The translations under genes were made by a program, and so were the position numbers. DNA of 64,000 nt from the NCBI GenBank assembly GCA_002897775.1, contig BDTR01000042.1:61280-125279 (forward strand), read 5' to 3'. Below the pieces are notes generated by a model. The model was not told the origin of the DNA. It saw only the letters and a program-made list of their open reading frames with translations, and ran no database searches. Position 1 is the first letter of the stretch. Every line of letters begins with the position of its first letter. Source of the DNA: a bacterium BMS3Bbin08 (lineage in GTDB: Bacteria > Nitrospirota > Thermodesulfovibrionia > UBA6902 > BMS3Bbin08). Shown in pieces: positions 28,257 through 37,212 of this stretch.

Positions 28257-30461
28257 CTATTTAGACCACATTTGCGTACGGGTATAATCAACAGCTACTT
28301 CCGATTTCCCCTCAACGATAAAACCCATTCTTTTGCCAAGAGGGGATAAATCCGAAACTTCACCGAGATAATTATCGTTTAAGTAAAAGCGCATCGTAGT
28401 ACCCTGTTTTTCCAACTTAAGAGTATTGAAGGAATTTTTCTGGAAAACCATGTCCTTTATCTTTCCGCTGGCCAGTTCCTGTGGAACGCCTTTGTAATAC
28501 CTCTTGATAAAATATAACCCATTTGAGCTGATCTGAAACGTATAATTATTGCCGGCATCTTTAGCGCCCATCACATATCCATAAGAGTGGTTGCCAGAAG
28601 CCCTCACTGTTTTCATAGCAACCTCTACTATGAACTTCCTGTCAAGAGGAAAATCATAAGCATTCAGCGTGACGTATTTGCCTCTCTCGCTTTTGTTCTC
28701 GATATAATACTTCCCGTTTTCTATCCGTGCAGAAGCCATGGTTGTATTGAATGTCTCCCAAGTCTTATCCTCATTATTATCGAATTGAGTCTTATATAGC
28801 ATGAACATTTCGCTCGGAGACTTGGAAGTTGGTTTTTCAGGTTTAAGGCTAGCGAGAAGTTCTTTAGCAGCCTCTTCCTCGGCAAGCTTTGCAGCCTTTT
28901 TCCTGGCAGCCTCTTCCTCGGCAAGCTTTGCAGCCTTTTCTTTGGCAGCCTCTTCCTCAGCAAGCTTTGCAGCCTTTTCTTTAGCAGCCTCTTCCTCGGC
29001 AAGCTTTGCAGCCTTTTCTTTGGCAGCCTCTTCCTCGGCAAGCTTTGCAGCCTTTTCTTTGGCAGCCTCTTCCTCGGCAAGCTTTGCAGCCTTTTCTTTG
29101 GCAGCCTCTTCTATCTCAACAGCCTCAGGTAAAAGTGTCCTGTCATATTCAGCCTTCCTGCCCGGATCAGACAGGTGTTCATGCGCCTCTGTAATATATG
29201 AGAATATTGCGGTCAGTTTCCCCTTCAGGTCGTCCTGGTCGTCAGACGGCAGGGCAAAGTGCCTGTCCGGGTGGAACTCCTTTGATTTGCTGTAGTATGC
29301 CTTGCTGATCTCTTCAGCAGACGCGTTTTTTTCAGTGCCGAGTATACCGTAATATCCTATGGACCACAGCTTTTTAAGTATGTCTTCCACTTTATTCAGG
29401 AACTCAGGCGTGATCTCTTCAGCCGGTTCTTTTATGATCTCTTCAACGTCTTCGATCTTGAGCTCCGCAGGCGCTCTTTCTTCTTTCCTGACAGCGATCA
29501 TCCCTATGCTGAGAAGGGCGCAGATGGTTTTGAGGGTATCGGGTTCAGGCAAAAGTGAAAGCGACAACACGGTTTTTAATGAACGTTTGCCATCTATACA
29601 GGAAAGGATCGCCTTGTCAGATCCATCAAGTTTGACATCCTGAAAGATGTTCATCGGGCTGGGCGAAAGATCAAGCACTGCCGTCAGAGGCGGGATTACC
29701 TTTTTTATGTGAAGGATATTATTAACGTTTTTGATACCGTTGCATATAATATTTGCGGCACTGATCCTGAGAGTTATCAAATCGTCTGAAGAAAGAGAGC
29801 CTTCATGGAACCTGAACTTGCCGGTTTCCATGGCAAAAAGACTGAGTATGATCTCCTCTATCTGATGCTGTACCGCGACAAAGACCTCTTTTGGTTTTAG
29901 GCATCCGAGCTCTACAAGGACCTTGCCCAGCTTGCTCCCGCTTTCTTCAGATAAACCGCGCGCCTTGTCAAATTCTTCCTGGCTGATCCTTTTTTGCCTT
30001 ACAAGAAGTTCTCCAAACCCATCCTCTTTGTAATTGGACGAGGCAAATATCATGTCCCCGTTCCTTATGAAGACCTCCTTGATTACCGAGCCGCTCGCAA
30101 CCCTGAGAACCCCTGTTTTTGTGCTCCTCTGCAGGCCGATCAGCACATCTGCCAGTGCAAAGCTCTTTAAAGAGCCCTGAAGGCTGTCCAGTCTTTTGAA
30201 CCCCACCCTGAGTTCATCGTCTGTTTTGTTTACCCATGCGACCTCGCCCCTAAACTGTATCTCAGGGTCAAAGACCTTTACATCCGCCTGTGTGCCGACA
30301 GTAAGCTTCGGGGCATTCTCAAAAACCGCGCCAAGCCCGTCCGAATAGTCAAGTACTCTGCCTCTATAGGTCTCTGAGCCTACCTTTACCTCACACTCAG
30401 ACCGGCTTTCATATCTTTTAAAATGTCTTCTGTCCTCATCGCTCATAATTAAATTATACAA
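28257..30461 (-). CDS. Multidomain PilZ - DUF4388 - J-domain (DnaJ) protein with EEAAKEKAAKLAE x7 coiled-coil repeats and C-terminal beta-domain
   Basis: N-terminal PilZ (RRHFKR...DYSDGLG), DUF4388 (SLKSFALADVLIGLQRSTKTGVLRV), J-domain with HPD (YYGILG...EFHPDRH), seven 13-aa repeats, C-terminal jellyroll-like domain. Confidence 0.7.
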   Translation of the reverse strand: MYNLIMSDEDRRHFKRYESRSECEVKVGSETYRGRVLDYSDGLGAVFENAPKLTVGTQADVKVFDPEIQFRGEVAWVNKTDDELRVGFKRLDSLQGSLKSFALADVLIGLQRSTKTGVLRVASGSVIKEVFIRNGDMIFASSNYKEDGFGELLVRQKRISQEEFDKARGLSEESGSKLGKVLVELGCLKPKEVFVAVQHQIEEIILSLFAMETGKFRFHEGSLSSDDLITLRISAANIICNGIKNVNNILHIKKVIPPLTAVLDLSPSPMNIFQDVKLDGSDKAILSCIDGKRSLKTVLSLSLLPEPDTLKTICALLSIGMIAVRKEERAPAELKIEDVEEIIKEPAEEITPEFLNKVEDILKKLWSIGYYGILGTEKNASAEEISKAYYSKSKEFHPDRHFALPSDDQDDLKGKLTAIFSYITEAHEHLSDPGRKAEYDRTLLPEAVEIEEAAKEKAAKLAEEEAAKEKAAKLAEEEAAKEKAAKLAEEEAAKEKAAKLAEEEAAKEKAAKLAEEEAARKKAAKLAEEEAAKELLASLKPEKPTSKSPSEMFMLYKTQFDNNEDKTWETFNTTMASARIENGKYYIENKSERGKYVTLNAYDFPLDRKFIVEVAMKTVRASGNHSYGYVMGAKDAGNNYTFQISSNGLYFIKRYYKGVPQELASGKIKDMVFQKNSFNTLKLEKQGTTMRFYLNDNYLGEVSDLSPLGKRMGFIVEGKSEVAVDYTRTQMWSK
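28858..29112. repeat. Seven near-perfect 39-bp tandem repeats (coding EEAAKEKAAKLAE)
   Basis: GCAGCCTCTTCCTCGGCAAGCTTTGCAGCCTTTTCTTTG repeated head-to-tail on the plus strand. Confidence 0.85.
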
Positions 30462-30577
30462 AAACCAGCCCCATAAAAGGAAATTTTTTATTATGAAACT
30501 GAACCCGTACCATAATCAAAGCCGCATATCTGCGTTTTTCAGGCTTTATTTCCTTAATTAACCGTTTATAATCAACT

Positions 30578-31396
30578 ATGGACAAACATGGGATTAAATA
30601 TAAATCCGTTAAAGGGAAAACCTACTCCCTGTACGGTGAAACTCATGAAATATCAGGATATTACCGTCTCATTAAAGGCATAACAGATTTATTTCTTAAG
30701 AAATGCCCTGACGAAAAGAAACTGCTTGCCCAGATCCAGAACGCGGGCAGCAACAGGTCCTTCATAAAAAAGCTTTCAAGAAAATATGTCGATAAACCGC
30801 TGGTTTCCTTTATAAAAAAGACCCTCTCGGAAAACCTGTCACTCTATACCACAGGCGTTAAAAGGCATTTACAGACCCTGCCCCTCTCACAGAGATTCGA
30901 CCCGGTCATTCGTACAAAAGAGGCACAGTACCACCTGTACATGACCGAGATCGAACTGATAAACAGGATATATAAGCATGTATTTACGAGCAGCAAATAT
31001 AAGTTCGCCCTTATTGCCCACTGCCTGCGTGATTTCAGGCCTGACTGCCGGGCTGTTGCCGGTGATATTGAATCCATCTGCAGGGGATGCACTAAAGAGT
31101 GTTTTGTGAACCTTGGAAGCCTTCTGTTGAAAAAATATGATATCCACCCCCATATTTCTGTTTCAATGGAACTTGAAAAACTTTTTAAGAAGATCAAGGC
31201 CGGACATCACAGCGTCGGAGCCCTGGGCATTGCGTGCGTGCCCGAGCTTGCCCAGGGAATGAGACTATGCATTAAACTGGGGATCCCGCCTGTCGGTATC
31301 CCGCTTGACGCTAACCGCTGCTCCAGGTGGATGAAACAGTGCCGGGAAAGCTCGTTCAATCTTGAGGAGCTTGAGGAGCTTATAAAGGATCAGTAA
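30578..31396 (+). CDS. Hypothetical protein (Cys-containing, possibly DUF116-like)
   Basis: 272 aa, CRGCTKEC and GIACVPELAQG blocks; no confident family. Confidence 0.3.
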   Translation: MDKHGIKYKSVKGKTYSLYGETHEISGYYRLIKGITDLFLKKCPDEKKLLAQIQNAGSNRSFIKKLSRKYVDKPLVSFIKKTLSENLSLYTTGVKRHLQTLPLSQRFDPVIRTKEAQYHLYMTEIELINRIYKHVFTSSKYKFALIAHCLRDFRPDCRAVAGDIESICRGCTKECFVNLGSLLLKKYDIHPHISVSMELEKLFKKIKAGHHSVGALGIACVPELAQGMRLCIKLGIPPVGIPLDANRCSRWMKQCRESSFNLEELEELIKDQ

Positions 31397-31541
31397 CGGT
31401 TGGCAACTGACCATTCGTTTACTACTGACTATCGGCTGTGTGCCATGAGCTATGAGCGTCTTTCAGGACAATTCAAGGCTGGACAAAACACAAAAAATAT
31501 CTTAGTCTTAAACTGATATATTCTTTCCCCCGAATACTCTT

Positions 31542-33608
31542 ATGGCTGAAAATAAAAAAACATCTGGAAACAGAGAAAAACCGGAAAATAACACCGGAAA
31601 ACCCTCAGCGTCAGACCACCATCACGGCAGCATGCAGACAGAAGAGGAATTAGAAAAGCACCGCGGATACCTTGAAATTTTAGTGGAGGAACGCACTGTT
31701 GAATTAAGAAAACTCAATGAACAGCTTCAGGAGGAGATCGTTGAGCGAAAATGGGCGCTGCATGAACTGGAAGAAAGTGAAAGGCGGTACCGGGAGCTGT
31801 TCAATTATATGAGCAGCGGGGTCGCTGTATATGAGGCTACTTCAGACGGAAAAGACTTTGTATTAAGGGATTTCAACAAAGCAGGAGAAAAAATAGATTC
31901 GATCAAAAAGGAAAAAATTATAGGGGAGAAAGTAACAGAAGTATTTCCCGCTGTCAGGGAGTTCGGGCTTCTGGACGTATTCCGGCGCGTATGGAAGACC
32001 GGAAAACCCGAACATCTCCCCGCTACTCTATATAAAGATAACAGGATCTCAGGCTGGCGGGAAAACTATGTCTATAAACTGCCTTCGGGCGAAATAGTTG
32101 CTGTTTATGATGACATCACCGGACTCATGCAGACAGAGGAAACCCTCAGGATCTTCTCAACAGCGGTTGAGAACGCCCCGGACGGCGTGCAGATCGTGGG
32201 GCTCGACGGCCATATTATCTACTCGAACAAGGCCGTAGCAAATATATACGGCTTTTCAGTTGAAGAATTCAGGGGAAAACATGTCAATGAACTGAACGTA
32301 GACCCTGATATTGCCGGTAAAGAGATAATGCCGAAAGTAATGGAGACAGGCCGGTGGACCGGGGAACTTATGGTCAGGCACAAGAAAGGGCGCATCTTCC
32401 CCGTCTGGCTGACGACATCAGTAGTTAACAACACAAAAGGCGAGCCCGTTGCCAGGATAGGAATAATCAGGGATATTACAGAGCGCAAAAAAATCGAGGA
32501 GGAAATACTGCGGACAAGGCAGTTCTACGCTGATATCCTGAACAGCATTGTCAATGGCGTCTGGGTAACTGACAAAGATGATATAATCAATTACATTAAT
32601 AAAGGAATGGAAAAGATCGCCGGGATCCCCTTCACTCAAATTCTGGGAACTCATGTGCTTACAAGGCTTGAAGAAAAGAGCATGAGATCCTTCGGCCCTT
32701 ATTATCTGGAAGCTAAAGATCTGCTGAAACCGGTCCATTACGACGCGGTCCCCCTAATGACCCATGCAGGCAGACAGAGTTTTCAGAGCGGATGGCTTAT
32801 CCCGATAACAAGAGAGGGGAGTTTCGACGGCATGATCTGTACAGTTGAGGACATCACTGAAAGTAAACTGGCCAGGGAAGAGGCCCAGCGCGCGGGCCAC
32901 CTGGCGGCTTTAGGCGAACTGGCCGCGGGTGTGGCACATGAGATCAATAACCCCCTGAACGGCATTATAAACTACGCGCAGATCCTGGCCAACATGTATG
33001 AGCAGAACGAAAAAGAACGTGATATTACCGGCAGAATAATAAACGAAGGCAACCGCATCGCGAATATCGTAAAAAACCTCCTTTCTTTTGCCCGTGACAG
33101 TAAAGAGGCAAAACACCCTGTACTGGTCAATGAAATATTTAGCACAGTACTTAGCCTGGTTGAAACGCAATTAAAAAGAGACCGGATCACTCTAAAAAAG
33201 CACATACCGCCTGACCTGCCCAAAATTCTGGCCCAGCCGCAACAGATCGAACAGGTCCTCCTGAACATAATAAGCAATTCACGGCATGCCCTGAACCAGA
33301 AATACGAGGGGGCGCATAAAGATAAAATAATTGAACTCCTTGGAGAAAAGGTGATAATCGAAAAAAAACCCTTCCTGCGGATAGCGGTCCTTGATCACGG
33401 CAGCGGAATCCCCACTGATATGCTGGATAAGGTCCTGAACCCGTTCTTTTCATCCAAACCAGCTGACCAGGGGACCGGGCTGGGGCTTAGCATCAGTCAT
33501 GGTATCATCACTGACCATAACGGCAAGATGTCCATTGAAAGCATGGAAGGTAAATTTACCAGGGTTGTGATCGATCTGCCCGCAGATGAAAAAGGGAATG
33601 AAGAATGA
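31542..33608 (+). CDS. Cytoplasmic multi-PAS sensor histidine kinase
   Basis: Coiled coil plus at least three PAS/PAC repeats, HisKA H-box HEINNPLNGI, HATPase_c G-boxes (DHGSGIP, GTGLGLSISHGII). Confidence 0.85.
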   Translation: MAENKKTSGNREKPENNTGKPSASDHHHGSMQTEEELEKHRGYLEILVEERTVELRKLNEQLQEEIVERKWALHELEESERRYRELFNYMSSGVAVYEATSDGKDFVLRDFNKAGEKIDSIKKEKIIGEKVTEVFPAVREFGLLDVFRRVWKTGKPEHLPATLYKDNRISGWRENYVYKLPSGEIVAVYDDITGLMQTEETLRIFSTAVENAPDGVQIVGLDGHIIYSNKAVANIYGFSVEEFRGKHVNELNVDPDIAGKEIMPKVMETGRWTGELMVRHKKGRIFPVWLTTSVVNNTKGEPVARIGIIRDITERKKIEEEILRTRQFYADILNSIVNGVWVTDKDDIINYINKGMEKIAGIPFTQILGTHVLTRLEEKSMRSFGPYYLEAKDLLKPVHYDAVPLMTHAGRQSFQSGWLIPITREGSFDGMICTVEDITESKLAREEAQRAGHLAALGELAAGVAHEINNPLNGIINYAQILANMYEQNEKERDITGRIINEGNRIANIVKNLLSFARDSKEAKHPVLVNEIFSTVLSLVETQLKRDRITLKKHIPPDLPKILAQPQQIEQVLLNIISNSRHALNQKYEGAHKDKIIELLGEKVIIEKKPFLRIAVLDHGSGIPTDMLDKVLNPFFSSKPADQGTGLGLSISHGIITDHNGKMSIESMEGKFTRVVIDLPADEKGNEE

Positions 33609-35311
33609 GCGCCAATATTCTGGTTATTGACGACGAGGAAAGTATCTGTTATACCTTTGAAAGCTTTCTTGCTAATGCAGGGCATAATGTCGTTACGGCC
33701 CTGGATTTTGAGTCAGCTCTCAAAAAAACAGATGAAAGCAATTTTGATCTGATATTCGTGGACATTATTCTGGGAGGAAAGACAGGCCTTGACCTTCTGC
33801 AGGAGGTCAGAAAAAAAAATCTGAGATGCCCTGTTGTCATGATCACAGGAGCTCCGGACGTTGAAACAGCAGCCGAGGCCCTTAGACTCGGAGCCTTTGA
33901 GTACATTCCCAAACCGATCCGGCAGAACACCCTGCTTCACGTCACTGATATCGCCCTGCAGCACAAGGCCCTGCAGGACAAGGCGGAAAAATACCGGTCC
34001 AATCTTGAGGCTATTTTCAGGAGCGTAAAAGAGGCAATAATTACAGTGGATAATGACCTTAAGGTGCTTGAGATCAACAGGTCCGCTGAAAAAATATGCG
34101 GATATTTCCGGGATGTCATTGGCAGGGATCTCCGAACCCTGCCCAAACATTGCAACAGCTGGTGCGTTGAGGCGCTTTTAAAGACCATCAGCACGAAAAA
34201 GTCCGTCGAACTGCACCGCCTTGAATGCCGGCGCAGGAACAGGCCGTCACAGATCGTGAACCTGAAAACCGCCCCGCTTCTTGACAATGAGGGAAGGTTC
34301 TCCGGAGCTGTCCTGGTCATCAGTGATGAAACACGGCTGGAAAGCCTGGAAAAACATTTAAAAGACCGCCGGGAATTGCATAACATAATCGGCAAAAACA
34401 AGAAAATGCAAAATATCTACTCCCTTATAGAAGACCTTGCAGATATTCAAACAACCGTGCTGATCACCGGTGAAAGCGGAACCGGCAAAGAGCTTGTAGC
34501 AGACGCGATCCATTACAGGGGAAATCGCGGCACTAAACCCTTTGTCAAGGTGAACTGTTCGGCCCTGTCTGAGAACCTGCTTGAAAGTGAGCTGTTCGGC
34601 CATGTCAAAGGCGCGTTCACAGGCGCTGACAGGGACAGGATCGGCAGGTTTCAAAAGGCACACACAGGCACCATTTTTCTTGATGAGATTGGAGATGTTT
34701 CTACCGGACTGCAGTCGCGGCTTTTGAGGGTACTGCAGGAAAAAGAATTCGAGCGCGTTGGAGAGTCAAACCCGATCAAAGTGGATGCGCGTGTAATAGC
34801 AGCCACCAATCATGGTCTTATGGACAAGGTCAAGAGCGGCAAGTTCAGGGAAGACCTGTATTACCGCCTGAAGGTCGTTGAGATCGAGATGCCGCCGCTC
34901 AGGGAACGAAAAGACGATATCCCCCTTCTTATTAATCATTTTCTGAAGAAGTTCAACAAGAAATTCAATAAGAATATAGTTGCAGTCTCCAGAGACGTCC
35001 AGCAGGTTTTCATGGAATATTCCTGGCCCGGCAACATCAGAGAGCTGGAAAATGTCCTGGAACATGCCTTTATCCTCTGTTTTCATGACACTATTACTGT
35101 CCATCAGATCCCGGCCTACATGAATGCGGCTCAGGAAGAAGCGTCCGCGCAGGCAGGTGAGAAAAAAGGGGCTGGCCCTGACATCCTGCTTCAGGCACTT
35201 GAGAAATCCGGGTGGAACAAGTCCAAAGCAGCGCGTCTTCTTGGCATCAACGTGCGCACGATCTTCAGGAAGATCGAAAAGTATGGACTCACAGAACCGA
35301 ATTTGAAATAA
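33605..35311 (+). CDS. Sigma-54-dependent response regulator (REC-PAS-AAA+-HTH, NtrC family)
   Basis: REC (ILVIDDE...DLIFVDI), internal PAS, sigma-54 activator Walker A GESGTGKE, GAFTGA motif, ESELFGH, C-terminal Fis-type HTH; 4-bp overlap with kinase. Confidence 0.9.
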   Translation: MSANILVIDDEESICYTFESFLANAGHNVVTALDFESALKKTDESNFDLIFVDIILGGKTGLDLLQEVRKKNLRCPVVMITGAPDVETAAEALRLGAFEYIPKPIRQNTLLHVTDIALQHKALQDKAEKYRSNLEAIFRSVKEAIITVDNDLKVLEINRSAEKICGYFRDVIGRDLRTLPKHCNSWCVEALLKTISTKKSVELHRLECRRRNRPSQIVNLKTAPLLDNEGRFSGAVLVISDETRLESLEKHLKDRRELHNIIGKNKKMQNIYSLIEDLADIQTTVLITGESGTGKELVADAIHYRGNRGTKPFVKVNCSALSENLLESELFGHVKGAFTGADRDRIGRFQKAHTGTIFLDEIGDVSTGLQSRLLRVLQEKEFERVGESNPIKVDARVIAATNHGLMDKVKSGKFREDLYYRLKVVEIEMPPLRERKDDIPLLINHFLKKFNKKFNKNIVAVSRDVQQVFMEYSWPGNIRELENVLEHAFILCFHDTITVHQIPAYMNAAQEEASAQAGEKKGAGPDILLQALEKSGWNKSKAARLLGINVRTIFRKIEKYGLTEPNLK

Positions 35312-36562
35312 ATCCCGTTAGAATTCCTTCACCCACACCTTAGGCCTATAAACTACTTGTGCGGGAAGTCCTGCCTACCGGTTTGCATGCCGTATGCAGG
35401 GCAGGCCCATAAAGTCGATGCGACTCCCGATGCGGGTCTACACTGAGGGTCGCTTCGACTTCGCGAGACTCGCTTCGAGCCACAGGGTTTTGTTATAGGA
35501 TAAAACCATGGCATGTCATGGTTTCGTGACATCATGCTTTTATGACATGTCATGGTTTTTGCCTGTTTATGTTTGCTCTTCAGCACCCCTGGATCCGGTC
35601 TTCTTAACAACTTTTTTTCATTAATAAAAAAGCGCCTTCATGAACCTACAAGCAAAAATCCACGCCACAACTTCCTGTTTTTATTGTATTTTTTTATTGA
35701 TATAACTTTTCCTTCCTTAGCGGCCTTCCCTGTTAAGGGCTCCCCGACTGATCAAAAAAAAATAACTACAACATTTACTAACAAAACTGGCACATTTCTT
35801 GTTACACATTCTATCATGGTAAGGCCTTCACATGTGAAATGTCCCAAATTGGCAGATACCATAGACTGGATAATATTGGTGGCGGGGACGAGCCTTACCT
35901 CCCCAGCCCTTTTCAGCTTCAGGAATACTGCCTGAATAAAGACCATTACAGGTGCCCTTTCCTGTTGAAGCCGAAAAATAGCGGCTATACGGAAACAATT
36001 TAACAGACCTTAACGTTGGGAGGTCATAAGAAAAGCAGTGTTTAGCGTAAATAATAACATATTAGAGGCCACCACTAAATGCAGGAGCGGGTTTTCCTGT
36101 TTGTCCGGGGAGCGGGATTGTCTTTGTGAACCTGAGGATCATTTTTCGGACAGGATCATTTTTATCAGGTCAGGTGATTGCGGCTTTTGCGAGTACAGGC
36201 TTTCATTCGGATACTCCTTTATTTGCACATGTCCCACAAGGAAGGAGATCTACAGCCGCTATAAGATCTGATCTTTACTTTGACGGAAATTTAGAAGACA
36301 CTGTACGGTCAGCGAAATACCAGATTATGCCCTTTTATTATGAAGCCTTTTAAGGACTGTTATAGCGTTAATCCAAGCAGTACGAACATCAGCTTCTTAA
36401 TGCGTTATTGCCGAAATGATTTTGGATCGCGCGTGATCTATAAAAAAACGGCGCCGGGTCAGCCCGGACCTGATGTGAAAAAACTGAACGATATTGTCGA
36501 TCACTAATTGAGATTAATAATTAAAAAAAGGCGGGGTCATAAGCAAAACCCTTGATAACACC

Positions 36563-36859
36563 ATGAACATCGACCTTGAACAGTCAGGGCATATAGGGAT
36601 ATTGACGATTGACGGCGCACTAACTTCAGAACACCATGCTGAACTGAAGGTCCAGTTAATGAAGGCTTTTCATAACTTTGATCTTATTGTTCTTAACCTT
36701 AATAAGGTACGCGGGATCGATATGACGTGCAACCGGCTGCTCTGCTCTGCATACAGGAAATCTTTAAGATTAAAAAAACCCTTAAAAATCATAGGGATCG
36801 CTCCTGAAGAATTTAACTGCGGCAACGGCGCCGGGGACCTGAATTATTTAAAGATATGA
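36563..36859 (+). CDS. STAS-domain protein (anti-sigma factor antagonist-like)
   Basis: 98 aa; SpoIIAA-like pattern (GILTIDGALTSEHHAELK...LIVLNLNKVRGIDMTCNRLL). Confidence 0.6.
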   Translation: MNIDLEQSGHIGILTIDGALTSEHHAELKVQLMKAFHNFDLIVLNLNKVRGIDMTCNRLLCSAYRKSLRLKKPLKIIGIAPEEFNCGNGAGDLNYLKI

Positions 36860-36900
36860 CGGAAATCATATGAAACTTATCAAAATTTATTTATTATTAA

Positions 36901-37212
36901 ATGAACGGATCTGGTCATTCAATGCTGTCACCAACTAAAACAATGGCTTCAGGAAAAAACGCGGAAATGTCCGGAAACCGGAAAAAACATTGCCGGAGAA
37001 AGCTCAGAAGCAACGGAAGTCTTAAGGGCCTGAAGAGTCTTTCAGAGGCGATCATACTTCAGTCCATCGAAGACATGTTTAGCCCTGATCACAGGAATGA
37101 AAGCCTGGAATTCTTCTCAGGTAACAGCTTTAAAGTCTGTTCAAAACTGGCCGGGCTGGACACAAAAAAACAATCTGAAATACTTTTTCTCATGGGAGGC
37201 AATAAAAAATGA
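36901..37212 (+). CDS. Hypothetical basic protein translationally coupled to rpoD
   Basis: 103 aa, stop overlaps rpoD start (ATGA); no recognisable family. Confidence 0.3.
   Translation: MNGSGHSMLSPTKTMASGKNAEMSGNRKKHCRRKLRSNGSLKGLKSLSEAIILQSIEDMFSPDHRNESLEFFSGNSFKVCSKLAGLDTKKQSEILFLMGGNKK

Noticed and set aside
28858-29112. Possible CRISPR array (regular short repeats)
   Set aside because: The repeats are contiguous with no unique spacers, and they are coding and in-frame within a long ORF. No cas genes are nearby. The 45065-45200 repeats likewise lack spacers.
28721-29295. ORFs encoding PRKRLPKKRLQSL and SSSASFAAF repeats
   Set aside because: They are alternative-frame readings of the 39-bp tandem repeat. 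The frame giving EEAAKEKAAKLAE is contiguous with the PilZ/J-domain protein.
35787-35802. Sigma-54 promoter call
   Set aside because: TGGCAC-N5-TTGTT lacks the conserved GC of the -12 element and has no gene within 700 bp downstream. It is kept only as a weak note in the findings.
35552-35946. 127-aa (+) and 64-aa (-) ORFs in the 35.3-36.5 kb noncoding region
   Set aside because: They have low-complexity, hydrophobic translations with odd composition, no RBS and no homology features. The region is better treated as regulatory or ncRNA space.
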